DNA of 62,311 bases, filler included, from 5 parts of 5 records of this genome joined end to end with filler, not necessarily neighbours in it; one strand, 5' to 3'; shown: positions 1 to 10,890, counted from the whole stretch's first letter. Program-made: numbers and translations. Notes: generated by a model from the sequence alone, not told the origin.

Positions 1-2
1 AC

Positions 3-338
3 ATCTCCAGCGACTACTATGAAGCAGCGGCACTGGACGGGGCGACACGCTGGCAACTGTTCACCAAGGTCACCTGGCCTCTACTCTGGCCGGTAACCGC
101 TCTTGTCCTGACCCTTCAGCTGATCCTGCAGCTCAAGATTTTCGACCAGATCTACCTGTTGTCGTCCGGCGGACCGTTCAATTCGTCCTACGTTCTGCTT
201 CTGATGGTCTACCGGGAAGCCTTCCAGTTGAACCACGGCGGCTATGCCTCTGCCATTGCACTTGTTCTGTTTGTGCTGATCGTGGTCGTGTCGGTGCTGC
301 AGTTTCAGTTGCTGCGTGCGGGAGGGAACAAGCAATGA
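3..338 (+). CDS. Carbohydrate ABC transporter permease (5'-partial)
   Basis: Hand translation from nt 3 gives ISSDYYEAAALDGATRWQLF (EAA loop) ... LKIFDQIYLLSSGGP. TGA at 336-338 overlaps the next ATG (ATGA). Confidence 0.9.
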   Translation: MSSDYYEAAALDGATRWQLFTKVTWPLLWPVTALVLTLQLILQLKIFDQIYLLSSGGPFNSSYVLLLMVYREAFQLNHGGYASAIALVLFVLIVVVSVLQFQLLRAGGNKQ

Positions 339-1162
339 AGACCCGCAAACTGGAAAACTGGGTTCTGGGCATCGGCAGCCTCTTGGCCGCGGCCATCTGG
401 ATCTTCCCTCTCTACTGGGCGTTCATCACCTCGATCCGCACCGAGGAAAGGGTCGTCAGCGAGGGCGCGGGTGTCATTCCCGACGAATTCAACCTGACCT
501 CCTATATCGACGTTCTGTTCGATACCAAGCTGCTCAACTGGTACTGGAACTCCATCGGCACATCCGTGATCATCACGCTGGTTGTCATTGTGTCCGGCAT
601 GATGTGCGCCTATGCCATCTCCCAGATGCGCTTTCCCGGCCGGAGGCTGCTTTACGGCGTGGTGCTCGCCAGTTTCATGGTGCCTTCGCAGGCGCTTGTG
701 GTGACGCAGTTCATCCTGATGAACGACATGGGCCTGATAAACACCTGGGCCGGCATCATCCTGCCGCAGCTCATCGTTCCGGTGGTGATCATCGTCTACA
801 AGCAGTTCTTTGACGCCGTGCCGAAGGAAATGCGCGAGGCCGTCGTCCTGGATGGCGGCGGTGACTATACGCTGCTGTTCAGGATCTACCTGCCGCTCAA
901 CTGGGGCATCACGACCGCTCTGGCGATCATCACCTTCATCATGGCGTGGAACCAGTTTCTCTGGCCCTTCCTCGTCATCACAACGGAAAACCAGATGACG
1001 ATCCCCGTCGGGATCACCCAGGTGAACGATGCCTTCGGCGTCTATTACGCCCGTCTGATGTCCGTCGCGCTTCTGGGTGCCATGCCCGTTGCCGTTGCCT
1101 ATCTGATCTTCCAGAAGAAGGTGACGGAAGCCGTCATGATCTCCTCGGGCGTGAAAGGCTGA
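335..1162 (+). CDS. Carbohydrate ABC transporter permease (MalG-type)
   Basis: Hydrophobic helices, EAVVLDG loop, WNQFLWP motif. Confidence 0.93.
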   Translation: MKTRKLENWVLGIGSLLAAAIWIFPLYWAFITSIRTEERVVSEGAGVIPDEFNLTSYIDVLFDTKLLNWYWNSIGTSVIITLVVIVSGMMCAYAISQMRFPGRRLLYGVVLASFMVPSQALVVTQFILMNDMGLINTWAGIILPQLIVPVVIIVYKQFFDAVPKEMREAVVLDGGGDYTLLFRIYLPLNWGITTALAIITFIMAWNQFLWPFLVITTENQMTIPVGITQVNDAFGVYYARLMSVALLGAMPVAVAYLIFQKKVTEAVMISSGVKG

Positions 1163-1364
1163 AGCCTGCCCATTCGGGAGCATTTCTTCTTCCGGTTTCC
1201 TGAAACTCTTCAACCCCGCGAACAATGTCGCGGGGCAATCGGTCTTCTGCAGGCACTTGGATGCAGGCGTTGCAGTTCATATGTCTACGTCAACAAGATC
1301 AGAATGACGAAGACAGTTGAGCACTCACACCGTGTGTGTTTGGCAGACGGATGAGGAATTCAGA

Positions 1365-3359
1365 ATGACAGTTGGAGCCGGTCTCCCGACAGTCCTGGCG
1401 GGACCGATCCTGCGCCATGTCACGGCGAATAACGTTAGCGTCTGGCTCGCCACATCCCGACATTGCGATGTTCGATTTGAGTTTTTCCCCGAAGCAAAGC
1501 CGGACCTCAACCAGACCTATGAAACCGGCGATCAGGACTGGCAGGTTCTGAAGGCGGGAGAGAACCTCTATTATCATCTCGTCGATATCGAACTGGGCAC
1601 TTCGCTCCCCATCGATGTCCTGATTTCCTATCGCCTGAGCGTCAAGCCGACTGGTGACGCTGAGAATGCGTGGCAGGATCATACGGTGTGGGCACCCGAT
1701 CTCTGCTATCCGGGACGTGACTTGCCCTGTTTCAAGGTGCCGGACCGTATCACCTCCCTGTTTCACGGGGCCTGCCGCAAGCCGCATGCGCAAACCCCTG
1801 ACGGCCTTGCCGGAGCCGACGTTGTTCTGAGGCAGGCCCTTGGCCCTGAGGGCGAAACCACAGCCGGCAGTCCCGCCTTGCCATCGCTGCTCGTGATGAG
1901 CGGTGACCAGGTTTATGCTGACGACGTTGCCGGACCGATGTTGCAGGCAATCAGCCTGCTTGTCGAAAAACTGGGCCTGCCGGACGAACCGCTGGACGGC
2001 GTTGAGCCTGGCCTGCCGGCGTCTGGCAACGAACTGCGGAATGTCGGCAACCTGCTCTATCACCGCGATACGCTTCTGCCCCGGGTCTACAAGAACAAGA
2101 CCGTGTTCGACGTCCTGTTCGGAGGCACCGAAAAACCGGTTTTCACAACCCAGCACGCCCGCAACCACCTCGTCACACTTGGCGAAATGCTGGCCATGTA
2201 TCTGCTGGTCTGGTCGCCGGCGTCCTGGCAAGGCATGCCGGAGCTGAAAGCGCCGGAAGGCCTGGAGGCCAAGGACGCGGAAATGTATGCCGAAGAGACG
2301 GAGACGCTGAAGGATTTCCGGGCTGATCTGCCTGCCTGCAGACGGGTCATGGCGCATCTTCCGACGGCGATGATTTTTGATGATCACGACATCACCGACG
2401 ACTGGAACCTGTCGCTTGCGTGGGAACAGGCCGCTTACAGCCACCCCTTGTCGCGCCGGGTTATCGGCAATGCGTTGGTCGCTTATGCTCTGAACCAGGC
2501 CTGGGGGAACCGGGCACGCACGATCGGTCCGGACATTCTTCCGCCCGTGCAGGCCGCGCTTGCCGATCCCGGCTCCGAGGCGCATGAGACCGCGATCACC
2601 ACGCTGCTTGAATACGAGGAGTGGGACTACCAGTGGCAGACATCCCCGCCGTTGATCGTTCTGGACACGCGAACGCGGCGCTGGCGGTCAGAACGCAACG
2701 CTCATAATCCGTCTGGCCTTCTGGACTGGGAAGCGGCCACCGACCTTCAGACCCACCTGAAAGGCAAGGACGCCGTTCTGCTTGTGTCCGCTGCCCCGAT
2801 CTTCGGCGTCAAGCTGATCGAAACGGTGCAGAAGATGTTCACGCTGGCCGGCAAGCCGCTGACTGTCGACGCGGAATACTGGATGGCGCATTCGGGAACC
2901 GCCAGTGCGATCCTGAATGTGTTCGGTCACCGCGGCACCCCCCAGCACTTCGTCATCCTCTCCGGCGATGTGCACTACTCGTTCGTCTATGACGTTGAAC
3001 TGCGCCAGACCGCACCGAGCCTGTCCGGTGCGACCGACGACGGTCCGAAGATCTGGCAGATCTGCAGCAGCGGGATAAAGAACAAATGGCCGGACAAGCT
3101 GATCAAGATTCTGGATCGCGGCAACCGATGGGCTTTTTCGCCCCGTTCGCCGCTGAACTGGTTCACCAAGCGCCGTGGTATGCGTGTCATCCCGCGCAAG
3201 CCCGTTGGAACGCCACATGGCCGCCGGATCCTGAACGCGTCGGGGATCGGCCTTGTGGAGCTGGACGAGACGGGCGCGCCCGTCGACATTCACCAGGTTC
3301 TGCCGGACGGTTCGCTGGTGTCGTTTGAACGCCGTGAAGCCGAAGCCCGGGACGACTGA
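1365..3359 (+). CDS. PhoD-like (alkaline phosphatase D family) metallophosphoesterase
   Basis: GDQVYADD, MIFDDHDITDDW, LDTRTRR and SGDVHYS motifs. ATG at 1365 follows GAGGA. Confidence 0.85.
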   Translation: MTVGAGLPTVLAGPILRHVTANNVSVWLATSRHCDVRFEFFPEAKPDLNQTYETGDQDWQVLKAGENLYYHLVDIELGTSLPIDVLISYRLSVKPTGDAENAWQDHTVWAPDLCYPGRDLPCFKVPDRITSLFHGACRKPHAQTPDGLAGADVVLRQALGPEGETTAGSPALPSLLVMSGDQVYADDVAGPMLQAISLLVEKLGLPDEPLDGVEPGLPASGNELRNVGNLLYHRDTLLPRVYKNKTVFDVLFGGTEKPVFTTQHARNHLVTLGEMLAMYLLVWSPASWQGMPELKAPEGLEAKDAEMYAEETETLKDFRADLPACRRVMAHLPTAMIFDDHDITDDWNLSLAWEQAAYSHPLSRRVIGNALVAYALNQAWGNRARTIGPDILPPVQAALADPGSEAHETAITTLLEYEEWDYQWQTSPPLIVLDTRTRRWRSERNAHNPSGLLDWEAATDLQTHLKGKDAVLLVSAAPIFGVKLIETVQKMFTLAGKPLTVDAEYWMAHSGTASAILNVFGHRGTPQHFVILSGDVHYSFVYDVELRQTAPSLSGATDDGPKIWQICSSGIKNKWPDKLIKILDRGNRWAFSPRSPLNWFTKRRGMRVIPRKPVGTPHGRRILNASGIGLVELDETGAPVDIHQVLPDGSLVSFERREAEARDD

Positions 3360-3382
3360 TCGTTCCGGCGGACGGTTCTGCT

Positions 3383-4003
3383 TCAGCGCGTTACCGCCAT
3401 CAAGGCGCTTCCACCGATCATGAACCCGCCCCCGGCATAGCCCATGCGGCGCCGGGCTAGTCGAGTCTGAAAAAGTTTGCGCGCACGCGCGGCGATCAAC
3501 GCATAGCCCGCCAGAAGCACCATGACGACAACGCTTGAGGTCAGCGTCAGCACAACGAGTTGAACCGTCATGTCCGCGGCCGGGTCGATGAACTGGGCGA
3601 GGAAGGCCATGTAAAAGACGATCGCCTTGGGATTGAAGATAGCCGTCAGGGTACCTGCCCAGAAGCTGCCCCACGCAGACCCTGTGCGTACGTCCGGTTC
3701 AAGGGAAACGCGGTCGCGATGTGCCTCCCTGATCTGGCTGTACCCCAGCCAGGCGAGATAGACGACGCCTGTCCATTTCACGATCTGGAACAGCACCGTG
3801 GACGCGGCCAGAATGGCGCCGACACCTGCGAAGGAAAGGCCTGTCAGAACGATACTTCCGACAACGTCGCCGAGAATGCACATCACAGCAGCAGTTTTGC
3901 CGCGCATCAAGGTTTGCCCGACAACCAGCATGACACTCGGACCCGGAATGATGGTCAGAACAACACAAGCGAGTGTGTAGGCAAGCCAGGTTTCCAGAGA
4001 CAC
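3383..4003 (-). CDS. LysE/RhtB family exporter
   Basis: IPGPSV, KWTGVVYLAWLG and FNPKAIVF motifs. GTG start at 4003 follows GGAGAG. Confidence 0.92.
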   Translation of the reverse strand: MSLETWLAYTLACVVLTIIPGPSVMLVVGQTLMRGKTAAVMCILGDVVGSIVLTGLSFAGVGAILAASTVLFQIVKWTGVVYLAWLGYSQIREAHRDRVSLEPDVRTGSAWGSFWAGTLTAIFNPKAIVFYMAFLAQFIDPAADMTVQLVVLTLTSSVVVMVLLAGYALIAARARKLFQTRLARRRMGYAGGGFMIGGSALMAVTR

Positions 4004-4005
4004 GT

Positions 4006-4959
4006 TCAACTCTCCCTTGGGGTCAGGCAGCGGCGGGTTGCGGCAAGAGGCAGTGAGGCGAGGAGCGCGGCACACCCGATGAGGAGTATGCCGGCCAGAT
4101 CCGCCCTGTCTGGCATATCCGCGAAGAAGACGACACCCCAAACCACCGCGAAAACGAGGTAACCATTGTCGAAAAGCCCGATCAGAGGTGCCGGGGCCAA
4201 CTGATAGGCAAATGCCACGGCCACCGTGATGAGGGCAAGCAGCAGACCCAGCAGGATCAGAAGTCCCCACGCAGCAGCTGAAAGAGCTGGCCAGGCGCTC
4301 AGCAGGAACCCTGCCCCGGCAGGGACGGAAAAGAGATGAAGCCCCAGCACGTAGGCACCGCCCGCCAAGGCAAGCACCAGGTTCAGGTTGAACGCCATTG
4401 CCAGCGGTGCCTCCTTCCGGCACCTGGCCGACGTGACGACCGCCGCAAGCGCATAAAAGAAACCTGCCAGCAAGGGCAAGACCGCTGACGGAGACATGTC
4501 ATCAATTCCCGGCCGCAGGAGCATGACAACACCTGCCATCCCGAGAACAATTGCAACCGTGCCTTTTGCACCGACGGGCCTTCCCTGAAAGACAGATGTC
4601 AGAATGGCCATCCACAGGGGCGCGGTGTAATAGCAGGCTGCCGCAAGTGACAGCGGCATCAGCGGCAATGCGGCGTAGTAACAGCCCCACATCAGAGCAA
4701 GGCATACGCTGCGCGTCCAGACCCAGACGTTTGCCGCAAGAAGGGGCTTCGATGGGCGCCCGGTGTACGCGAATGCCAGCCCAAGCAGAATGGCTGCGAC
4801 GAATGAGCGGACCAGAAGCAACTGCCCAAGCGCGATACCGCCGCTGTTCAATTTGACCAAGGCGTCGGACAAGGACAGCAAGAGCACTGCTCCCGTAATC
4901 GAAATGATCCCGGCAAGGAGCGATCCAGCTTGTTGTTTCGGCAGAAATAAAGATATCAT
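4006..4959 (-). CDS. DMT/EamA family transporter
   Basis: About 10 hydrophobic segments with duplicated EamA pattern (YYTAPLW; AFAYQLAPAPLI). Confidence 0.88.
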   Translation of the reverse strand: MISLFLPKQQAGSLLAGIISITGAVLLLSLSDALVKLNSGGIALGQLLLVRSFVAAILLGLAFAYTGRPSKPLLAANVWVWTRSVCLALMWGCYYAALPLMPLSLAAACYYTAPLWMAILTSVFQGRPVGAKGTVAIVLGMAGVVMLLRPGIDDMSPSAVLPLLAGFFYALAAVVTSARCRKEAPLAMAFNLNLVLALAGGAYVLGLHLFSVPAGAGFLLSAWPALSAAAWGLLILLGLLLALITVAVAFAYQLAPAPLIGLFDNGYLVFAVVWGVVFFADMPDRADLAGILLIGCAALLASLPLAATRRCLTPRES

Positions 4960-5019
4960 TTCAGCATGGAAGCATGTCCACTATCTTTGTAAAAATGAGA
5001 AATTTCGAGAAATACATGA

Positions 5020-5922
5020 TTGAAACGCATGCATAAGGACGACCTCTCACTGGCCCGCCTGAAACCGTTCGAGGCTGCTGCGCGATATGAAAGTTTCACA
5101 CGCGCGGCCGATGAACTCGGCCTGACCCAGACGGCCATCAGCCGGCAAATTGGTCAGCTTGAAGAAGAACTGGGTGTCCGCCTGTTCGAGCGGCGCAACC
5201 GCGCGGTGTTCCTGACCGAGGAAGGAAAACGCCTGGGCCAGGTTGTCGGAGAAGCACTCAGGGCAATCCGCACGGAAGTTGCTGCCATCCGCGGGACAGG
5301 CGATCCAGATACCATCGTCCTGCGATGCCAGCTTTGCGAAGCTTTCTACTGGCTGATGCCGCGTCTCTCGGGTTTCCACGCGGCACATCCTGAAATTCAG
5401 CTTCAACTGGTCAGCGCATTGGAACCCCTGACGGAGGCGCGCGAACCATTTGACGTCGCCCTTCAGACCACCGGGCGGGCGGCCGGAGCGGCCCGGTTGG
5501 TGTTCACGGCATCCGACGAGATCTTCCCGGTTTGCGCTCCGGCGCTCTTGAAGGACGTGTCGTTGCCGCTGACACCGCAAGAAGTCTCCACCTTGCCTCT
5601 CCTGTCGCACCGGGTGGTGCCACAGGACTGGTTTGACTGGCCGGACTGGTTCGAAGCTGTCGGCGGTCCACGACCCGCCCACAAGAAGGTCATCTATTTC
5701 GACAGCTACCCGCTTGTCCTTCAGGCCGCCGTTGCCGGTCAGGGGGTTGCCCTCGGCTGGAAGCGCACGGTTGACGGCCTGATCGACGAAGGCAAGTTGC
5801 GCTCCATCTGTGATATTGCCCTGAGGAGACCAAGCGAAATCTCGGTTTACCGAGGCACCAAACAGTCGCGGCACAGTGCCGTCGACCAGTTGATCGCCTG
5901 GCTCCGCTTAGAGCTGGCGTAA
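5020..5922 (+). CDS. LysR family regulator (GcvA-like)
   Basis: N-terminal HTH FEAAARYESFTRAADELGLTQTAISRQI. Divergent from the DMT gene. Start could be ATG 5029. Confidence 0.93.
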   Translation: MKRMHKDDLSLARLKPFEAAARYESFTRAADELGLTQTAISRQIGQLEEELGVRLFERRNRAVFLTEEGKRLGQVVGEALRAIRTEVAAIRGTGDPDTIVLRCQLCEAFYWLMPRLSGFHAAHPEIQLQLVSALEPLTEAREPFDVALQTTGRAAGAARLVFTASDEIFPVCAPALLKDVSLPLTPQEVSTLPLLSHRVVPQDWFDWPDWFEAVGGPRPAHKKVIYFDSYPLVLQAAVAGQGVALGWKRTVDGLIDEGKLRSICDIALRRPSEISVYRGTKQSRHSAVDQLIAWLRLELA

Positions 5923-5976
5923 CTCGGCGATACCCTGTGGGAACCCGAGTTTATCCAGGTCAAGAACGCATCCTGG

Positions 5977-7014
5977 TCAGTTATAGCGCTGTGCCATCGC
6001 TTCCAGCGGCAGCGGGCGAATGCGGCTGGCGTGGCCGGCTGTTCCGAAAGCCTCGAAACGGTCGCGGCACACCTGCGCCATCAACTCCATGGCCGGCTTA
6101 AGGTATTTCCGTGGATCGAATTCGGAGGGATCGTTCGTCAGGGCCTTGCGTACGGCTGCCGTCATTGCCAGGCGGTTGTCGGTGTCTATGTTCACCTTGC
6201 GCACACCGCTCTTGATGCCGCGCTGGATTTCCTCGACCGGAACGCCCCAGGTCGGGCGAATATCGCCACCGTAGGAATTGATGATTTCCTGGAGATCTTC
6301 CGGCACCGAAGACGATCCGTGCATGACGAGGTGCGTGTTCGGCAGACGGGCGTGAATGGCCTCGATCACATTCATTGCCAGAACGCTGCCATCCGGCTTG
6401 CGCGTGAACTTGTAGGCACCGTGGCTGGTGCCCATGGCAACGGCAAGCGCATCGACGCCCGTGTCGGCAACGAAGCGTTCAGCCTCTGCCGGATCGGTCA
6501 GCAGCTGGTCTTCGCTCAGCTTTTCGGTTGCGCCATGTCCGTCTTCCTGATCGCCCATGCCGGTTTCGAGTGACCCGAGCACGCCAAGTTCGCCTTCCAC
6601 CGACACGCCGGCCGCATGAGCCATGTCGACGACCTGCCGGGTGATGCCCGCGTTATAGGCATAGTTGGCAGGCGTCTTGCCATCCGCTTCCAGCGACCCG
6701 TCCATCATCACGGAGGTGAAGCCATGCTGGATAGCCGTCACGCAGGTTGCCAGGTTGTTGCCGTGGTCCAGGTGCATGCAGACGGGAATATCGGGATAGG
6801 TTTCGGCGAAACCATCGATCAGGCGAGCAAGCACCCTGTCGCCGGCGTAGGCCCGTGCACCCCTGCTTGCCTGCAGGATGACCGGCGCATCGCAATCGGC
6901 CGCGGCGCGCATGACAGCCATGCCCTGTTCCATGTTGGAAATGTTGAACGCAGGCACAGCGTAGCCGTTGTCAGCTGCGTGATCCAGCAGCTGACGCAAA
7001 GTGATGCGGGCCAT
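5977..7014 (-). CDS. fba: Fructose-bisphosphate aldolase class II
   Basis: [53 protein letters not shown] upstream. Confidence 0.96.
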   Translation of the reverse strand: MARITLRQLLDHAADNGYAVPAFNISNMEQGMAVMRAAADCDAPVILQASRGARAYAGDRVLARLIDGFAETYPDIPVCMHLDHGNNLATCVTAIQHGFTSVMMDGSLEADGKTPANYAYNAGITRQVVDMAHAAGVSVEGELGVLGSLETGMGDQEDGHGATEKLSEDQLLTDPAEAERFVADTGVDALAVAMGTSHGAYKFTRKPDGSVLAMNVIEAIHARLPNTHLVMHGSSSVPEDLQEIINSYGGDIRPTWGVPVEEIQRGIKSGVRKVNIDTDNRLAMTAAVRKALTNDPSEFDPRKYLKPAMELMAQVCRDRFEAFGTAGHASRIRPLPLEAMAQRYN

Positions 7015-7024
7015 CAAAAGCTCC

Positions 7025-8011
7025 TTAGGTGTTGTCCGTGCAATAGGTAATGAACATGTCGACGTTTTCGGGTGACCCGAAAATCAACGGAATGTTCTGG
7101 TGCAGGCTCTCGGGCATCAGGTCGAGGATGGGCGTTTGCCCGTCCGTCGCCTTGCCGCCGCCCTGCTCGATCAGAAACGCGATCGGGACCGCTTCATAGA
7201 CCAGACGCAGGCGCCCGTTCTCATAGCCGGGCCGCCGGTCGCCGGGATAAAAGAACAAACCACCCTGAAGCAGGATCCGGTGAAATTCGCCAACCGCCGA
7301 GGCCAGCCAGCGCATGTTGTAGTTTTCACCAAGACGCCCCTCCTTGCCTTTCAGAACGTCATCTGAAAAGCGCCGGACCGCATCCGGCCAATGACGGGCA
7401 TTGGAGGCGTTGAAGGCAAGTGTTCTTGATTTAGCGGGCACCTGATGGTTCTCCCGCAACATGCGGAACACGCCCGCAGCGCGGTCGAAGACAGCAAGGT
7501 GAAGGCCGTTGCCCAGGCTGAACCCCAGGTCTGTGGAATGGCCAAACGAAACATATCCCGCCGCAATGACGGATCTGCCCGTGCACAGAAATCCCTGGTC
7601 CGATGCCGGCAGGATCGAGAACAGGGTCCCGAGCGGAGCGCCTGTTCCGATACTGCCGGACCCGTCGATGGGGTCGATGGCAACGTCGAGCGTGCCTTCC
7701 GGGTTGAGAAGAATGATCTCTTCGGCTTCTTCTGAAAGCAGCTGGCGGACACCTGCTGCCCGCAGCACCTCGACCATGTGAAGATGGGCACCGACGTCGA
7801 GTGCCTTCTGCTTGTCGCCACTTTCATTGGTGCCGACGACTTCGCCGGGGTCCCCCGGCAACCGGCCCGCGGCAAGCCTGTCTGCCAGGACGCCGGTCGC
7901 ATCCGCAATGGCCTGAAGGACGGCGGCGGTATCGCTCGCCCCATGCTGTCTTGCCAGATACGCCTGCAGCGTTTCGGCATTCACGTCCGTATCGTTCGGA
8001 AGTCTCAGCAT
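7025..8011 (-). CDS. fbp: Class 1 fructose-1,6-/sedoheptulose-1,7-bisphosphatase
   Basis: [42 protein letters not shown]. Confidence 0.93.
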   Translation of the reverse strand: MLRLPNDTDVNAETLQAYLARQHGASDTAAVLQAIADATGVLADRLAAGRLPGDPGEVVGTNESGDKQKALDVGAHLHMVEVLRAAGVRQLLSEEAEEIILLNPEGTLDVAIDPIDGSGSIGTGAPLGTLFSILPASDQGFLCTGRSVIAAGYVSFGHSTDLGFSLGNGLHLAVFDRAAGVFRMLRENHQVPAKSRTLAFNASNARHWPDAVRRFSDDVLKGKEGRLGENYNMRWLASAVGEFHRILLQGGLFFYPGDRRPGYENGRLRLVYEAVPIAFLIEQGGGKATDGQTPILDLMPESLHQNIPLIFGSPENVDMFITYCTDNT

Positions 8012-8043
8012 GGTCTCATCATTCCTCAGGTCAGCAATTTCGA

Positions 8044-8499
8044 TCAGACCGCATGATACTTCGAATCGACGGCATTGATCGCGTCAACATTGCTAGCAGA
8101 ACGGCCGTTGACGTCGAATGTTTCCTTCAGGAAGGCGTCGGCGATGGATTTGGCGAGTTCGGGGCCAACCACACGCGCGCCCATGGTGATGATCTGGGCA
8201 TTGTTGGAAAGGGCTGCCCGCTCTGCGGAGTAGGTGTCGTGGGTCAGTGCGGCGCGAATGCCCGGCACCTTGTTGGCGGCAATGCACACCCCGATACCGG
8301 TTCCGCACACCAGGATCGCCCGGTCGTAGGCACCGGAGATCACCTGACTGGCAACACGCTCGGACAGATTGGCGTAAAACGCATCCGGCCCTTCGGGTGT
8401 TCTGGAGATCTCGTCGACCTCGAAACGATCCTTCAGGTAGTCCGCCAGCAGTTTCGCAAGGCCTTCGCCTGCACTGTCGCCCGCAATTGCAAGTTTCAT
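8044..8499 (-). CDS. eryI: RpiB-family isomerase, D-erythrulose-4-phosphate isomerase type
   Basis: [40 protein letters not shown]. Lies directly downstream of a TpiA2-type gene. Confidence 0.85.
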   Translation of the reverse strand: MKLAIAGDSAGEGLAKLLADYLKDRFEVDEISRTPEGPDAFYANLSERVASQVISGAYDRAILVCGTGIGVCIAANKVPGIRAALTHDTYSAERAALSNNAQIITMGARVVGPELAKSIADAFLKETFDVNGRSASNVDAINAVDSKYHAV

Positions 8500-8500
8500 G

Positions 8501-9280
8501 TCAAACCTCTCCGAGTTTCGACGAGCACCTGGCGAGAATGTCGAGGTAACCCTCGACTTCCCAGGCTGATCGTCCGATGAACAGCCCGTCCACATGAGGA
8601 CAGGAAATGAGCTCTTCGCAGTTTCCGGGATTGACCGACCCGCCATAGAGGCAGGGGATACGCCGGTTGAGAACGTCCTCGGCAACGGCAATGATCTCCG
8701 CCTGGCGGGCGTCGGCATAGTCCGACGTTGCCGGCACACCATTGACGCCGATTGCCCAGACCGGTTCATAGGCAAGCAGGATCTCGGCCTGTTTCTGCCC
8801 ATTGGACAGATTGCCAAGAGCCGCGCGAACCTGCGCCTCAAGCACCGCCTGTGCCTGTCCGGCCTCTTTTTCCGCCAGCGTTTCACCGATGCAGATCAAC
8901 GGAACGAGCCCGTGACGCACGGCCGCTTCGGTCTTCAGGCCGACGGTCTCATCGGTTTCACCGAAAAAACTGCGCCGTTCGGAATGCCCAAGTTCGACAA
9001 TGTCGAGACCGCAATCGGTCAGCATGAGCGGCGAGACTTCTCCCGTCCACGCCCCTGCATCTTCCCAGTGCATGTTCTGCGCGCCGACCTTCACCGATGT
9101 GCCTGCGAGCATCGCCTTCACTTCGCGCACCGCGGTGAAGGGAGGGATGACAAACCGCTGGATCCGGGGATCCCGATCCGCGTCGGACGTGACAAGCCCG
9201 TCCGCAAACCGTCTGGCATCTGCCAGCAGCTTGTTCATTTTCCAGCTCGTACCGACCCATTTTCCGGTGAGGGCAGCCAT
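8501..9280 (-). CDS. eryH: TIM-family L-erythrulose-1-phosphate isomerase (TpiA2/TpiB)
   Basis: GTSWKMNK (not canonical GNWKMN), [30 protein letters not shown]. Matches the rhizobial/Brucella erythritol TpiA2 as I recall it. Confidence 0.87.
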   Translation of the reverse strand: MAALTGKWVGTSWKMNKLLADARRFADGLVTSDADRDPRIQRFVIPPFTAVREVKAMLAGTSVKVGAQNMHWEDAGAWTGEVSPLMLTDCGLDIVELGHSERRSFFGETDETVGLKTEAAVRHGLVPLICIGETLAEKEAGQAQAVLEAQVRAALGNLSNGQKQAEILLAYEPVWAIGVNGVPATSDYADARQAEIIAVAEDVLNRRIPCLYGGSVNPGNCEELISCPHVDGLFIGRSAWEVEGYLDILARCSSKLGEV

Positions 9281-9284
9281 TCGC

Positions 9285-9777
9285 TCAGTCCTTTGCGATC
9301 ATCAGCTTGAGCCCCGCAGCCTCGATTTCCTTCGCCGCATCTCCGGCCGGCTGGTCATCCGTGATGATCCAGTCGAACCGATCCAGATCGGCAAGGGTAT
9401 GAAGTGCGGTGCGTCCGAAACGCGTGTGATTGACGAGCAGGCAGCGCCGAGACGCAGCACCCATCATCTTTTGCTTGGAACGAACGACGTTGTCGTCCAT
9501 GTGAAAGGCCTTCAGGTCCGCTACGGCCGGGGTCGACACGAAAGCGATATCCGCGCGCAACTGCGACAGCGCCGCTTCGGTAACGACGCCGAAAAAGCCG
9601 TTGAACTTGGCCGAATAGACGCCACCGAGGCCCAAAAGGGTTATGCCGGGCTCATCCCGCAAACCATCGAGAATGGCGGCGTTGTTGGTGATGACCGTCA
9701 GCGGCCGCTTTTCTGGCAGCATCGAGCCGAACACTGCGGCCATCGAACCGTCGTTGATCATCACGGTCATGCCGGGT
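9285..9777 (-). CDS. DeoR/GlpR family regulator (N-terminus cut by contig end), EryR-like
   Basis: DeoR sensor domain: LTVITNN, LLGLGG, ADIAFVS, TRFGRTAL, FDWIITD. Confidence 0.85.
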
Positions 9778-9877
9778 NNNNNNNNNNNNNNNNNNNNNNN
9801 NNNNNNNNNNNNNNNNNNNNNTTAATTAATTAANNNNNNNNNNNNNNNNNNNNNNNNNNNNNNNNNNNNNNNNNNNN
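9778..9877. other. Artificial contig linker
   Basis: 100 nt of N with central TTAATTAATTAA (stops in all six frames). Confidence 0.99.
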
Positions 9878-9878
9878 G

Positions 9879-10871
9879 TGGAACTGGCCGATGAACCAGA
9901 TCACGCTCAAGGTCGGCGCCGCTGCCGTTGCCGGGTGTACCATGGTTCTGAAACCATCCGAGCAGAGCCCGCTGAATGCCATGATCTTTGCCGAAATGAT
10001 GGACGAGGCAGGATTCCCAGCCGGTGTCTTCAACCTCGTGAACGGTGATGGTGTTGGTGTTGGCTCACAGCTATCGGGTCACCCGGACGTGGACATGATC
10101 AGCTTTACCGGATCGACTCGCGCCGGGACTGCGATCTCAAAAAACGCGGCTGACACCCTGAAAAAGGTTCACCTCGAACTGGGCGGCAAAGGCGCGAACG
10201 TCATCTTTGACGACGCCGACGAAAAGGCCGTCAAACGGGGTGTTCTGCACATGATGAACAACACCGGTCAAAGCTGTAACGCGCCATCGCGGATGCTGGT
10301 TCAAAAGGGAATCTATGATCAGGCCGTTGAAACCGCCGCCGCTGTCGCCAGCGCCGTCACGGTTGGTGTCGCGTCAGAAGAAGGCCGCCATATTGGCCCG
10401 GTTGTAAACGAACTCCAGTTCAACAAAATTCAGGACCTGATCCAAAAGGGCATCGACGAAGGCGCCAAACTGGTTGCAGGCGGCACAGGGCGTCCCGATG
10501 GCGTCAATCAGGGCTTTTTCGTCAAACCAACTGTCTTTGCCGATGTGAACAACCAGATGATCGTCGCCCGCGAAGAGATCTTTGGCCCCGTTCTGGCAAT
10601 GATCCCGTTCGAGACCGAAGAAGAAGCGATCGAGATTGCCAACGATACGCCCTACGGTCTGACCAACTACGTTCAGACCCAAGACCCAGCCCGTGCCAAC
10701 CGTCTGGCCCGTCAGCTGCGGTCCGGCATGGTTGAAATGAACGGCCAATCCCGTGGCGCAGGTGCGCCTTTTGGCGGCATGAAACAGTCCGGCAACGGTC
10801 GCGAGGGCGGTCTGTTCGGTCTCGAGGATTTCCTTGAAATCAAAGCCGTCGGCGGCTGGGCCGCTGAATAA
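9879..10871 (+). CDS. Aldehyde dehydrogenase (5'-partial)
   Basis: WNWP, KPSE, FTGST, LELGGK, GQSC (catalytic Cys), EEIFGPV. Confidence 0.96.
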   Translation, partial: WNWPMNQITLKVGAAAVAGCTMVLKPSEQSPLNAMIFAEMMDEAGFPAGVFNLVNGDGVGVGSQLSGHPDVDMISFTGSTRAGTAISKNAADTLKKVHLELGGKGANVIFDDADEKAVKRGVLHMMNNTGQSCNAPSRMLVQKGIYDQAVETAAAVASAVTVGVASEEGRHIGPVVNELQFNKIQDLIQKGIDEGAKLVAGGTGRPDGVNQGFFVKPTVFADVNNQMIVAREEIFGPVLAMIPFETEEEAIEIANDTPYGLTNYVQTQDPARANRLARQLRSGMVEMNGQSRGAGAPFGGMKQSGNGREGGLFGLEDFLEIKAVGGWAAE

Positions 10872-10890
10872 AGCCCCCTGAATGAAACGC

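Noticed and set aside
1214-1235. Hairpin CCCCGCGA/TCGCGGGG after the ABC permease as an sRNA
   Set aside because: A single hairpin with no U-tract or promoter evidence. At most a 3'-end stabiliser.
5977-8011. fbp-fba as part of a Calvin cycle (cbb) operon
   Set aside because: No prk, tkt or RuBisCO adjacent. The operon context is tetritol catabolism.
9822-9833. Repeated TTAATTAATTAA (four copies) as a biological repeat or CtrA site
   Set aside because: Always centred in 100-nt N-runs. It is a synthetic six-frame-stop linker.
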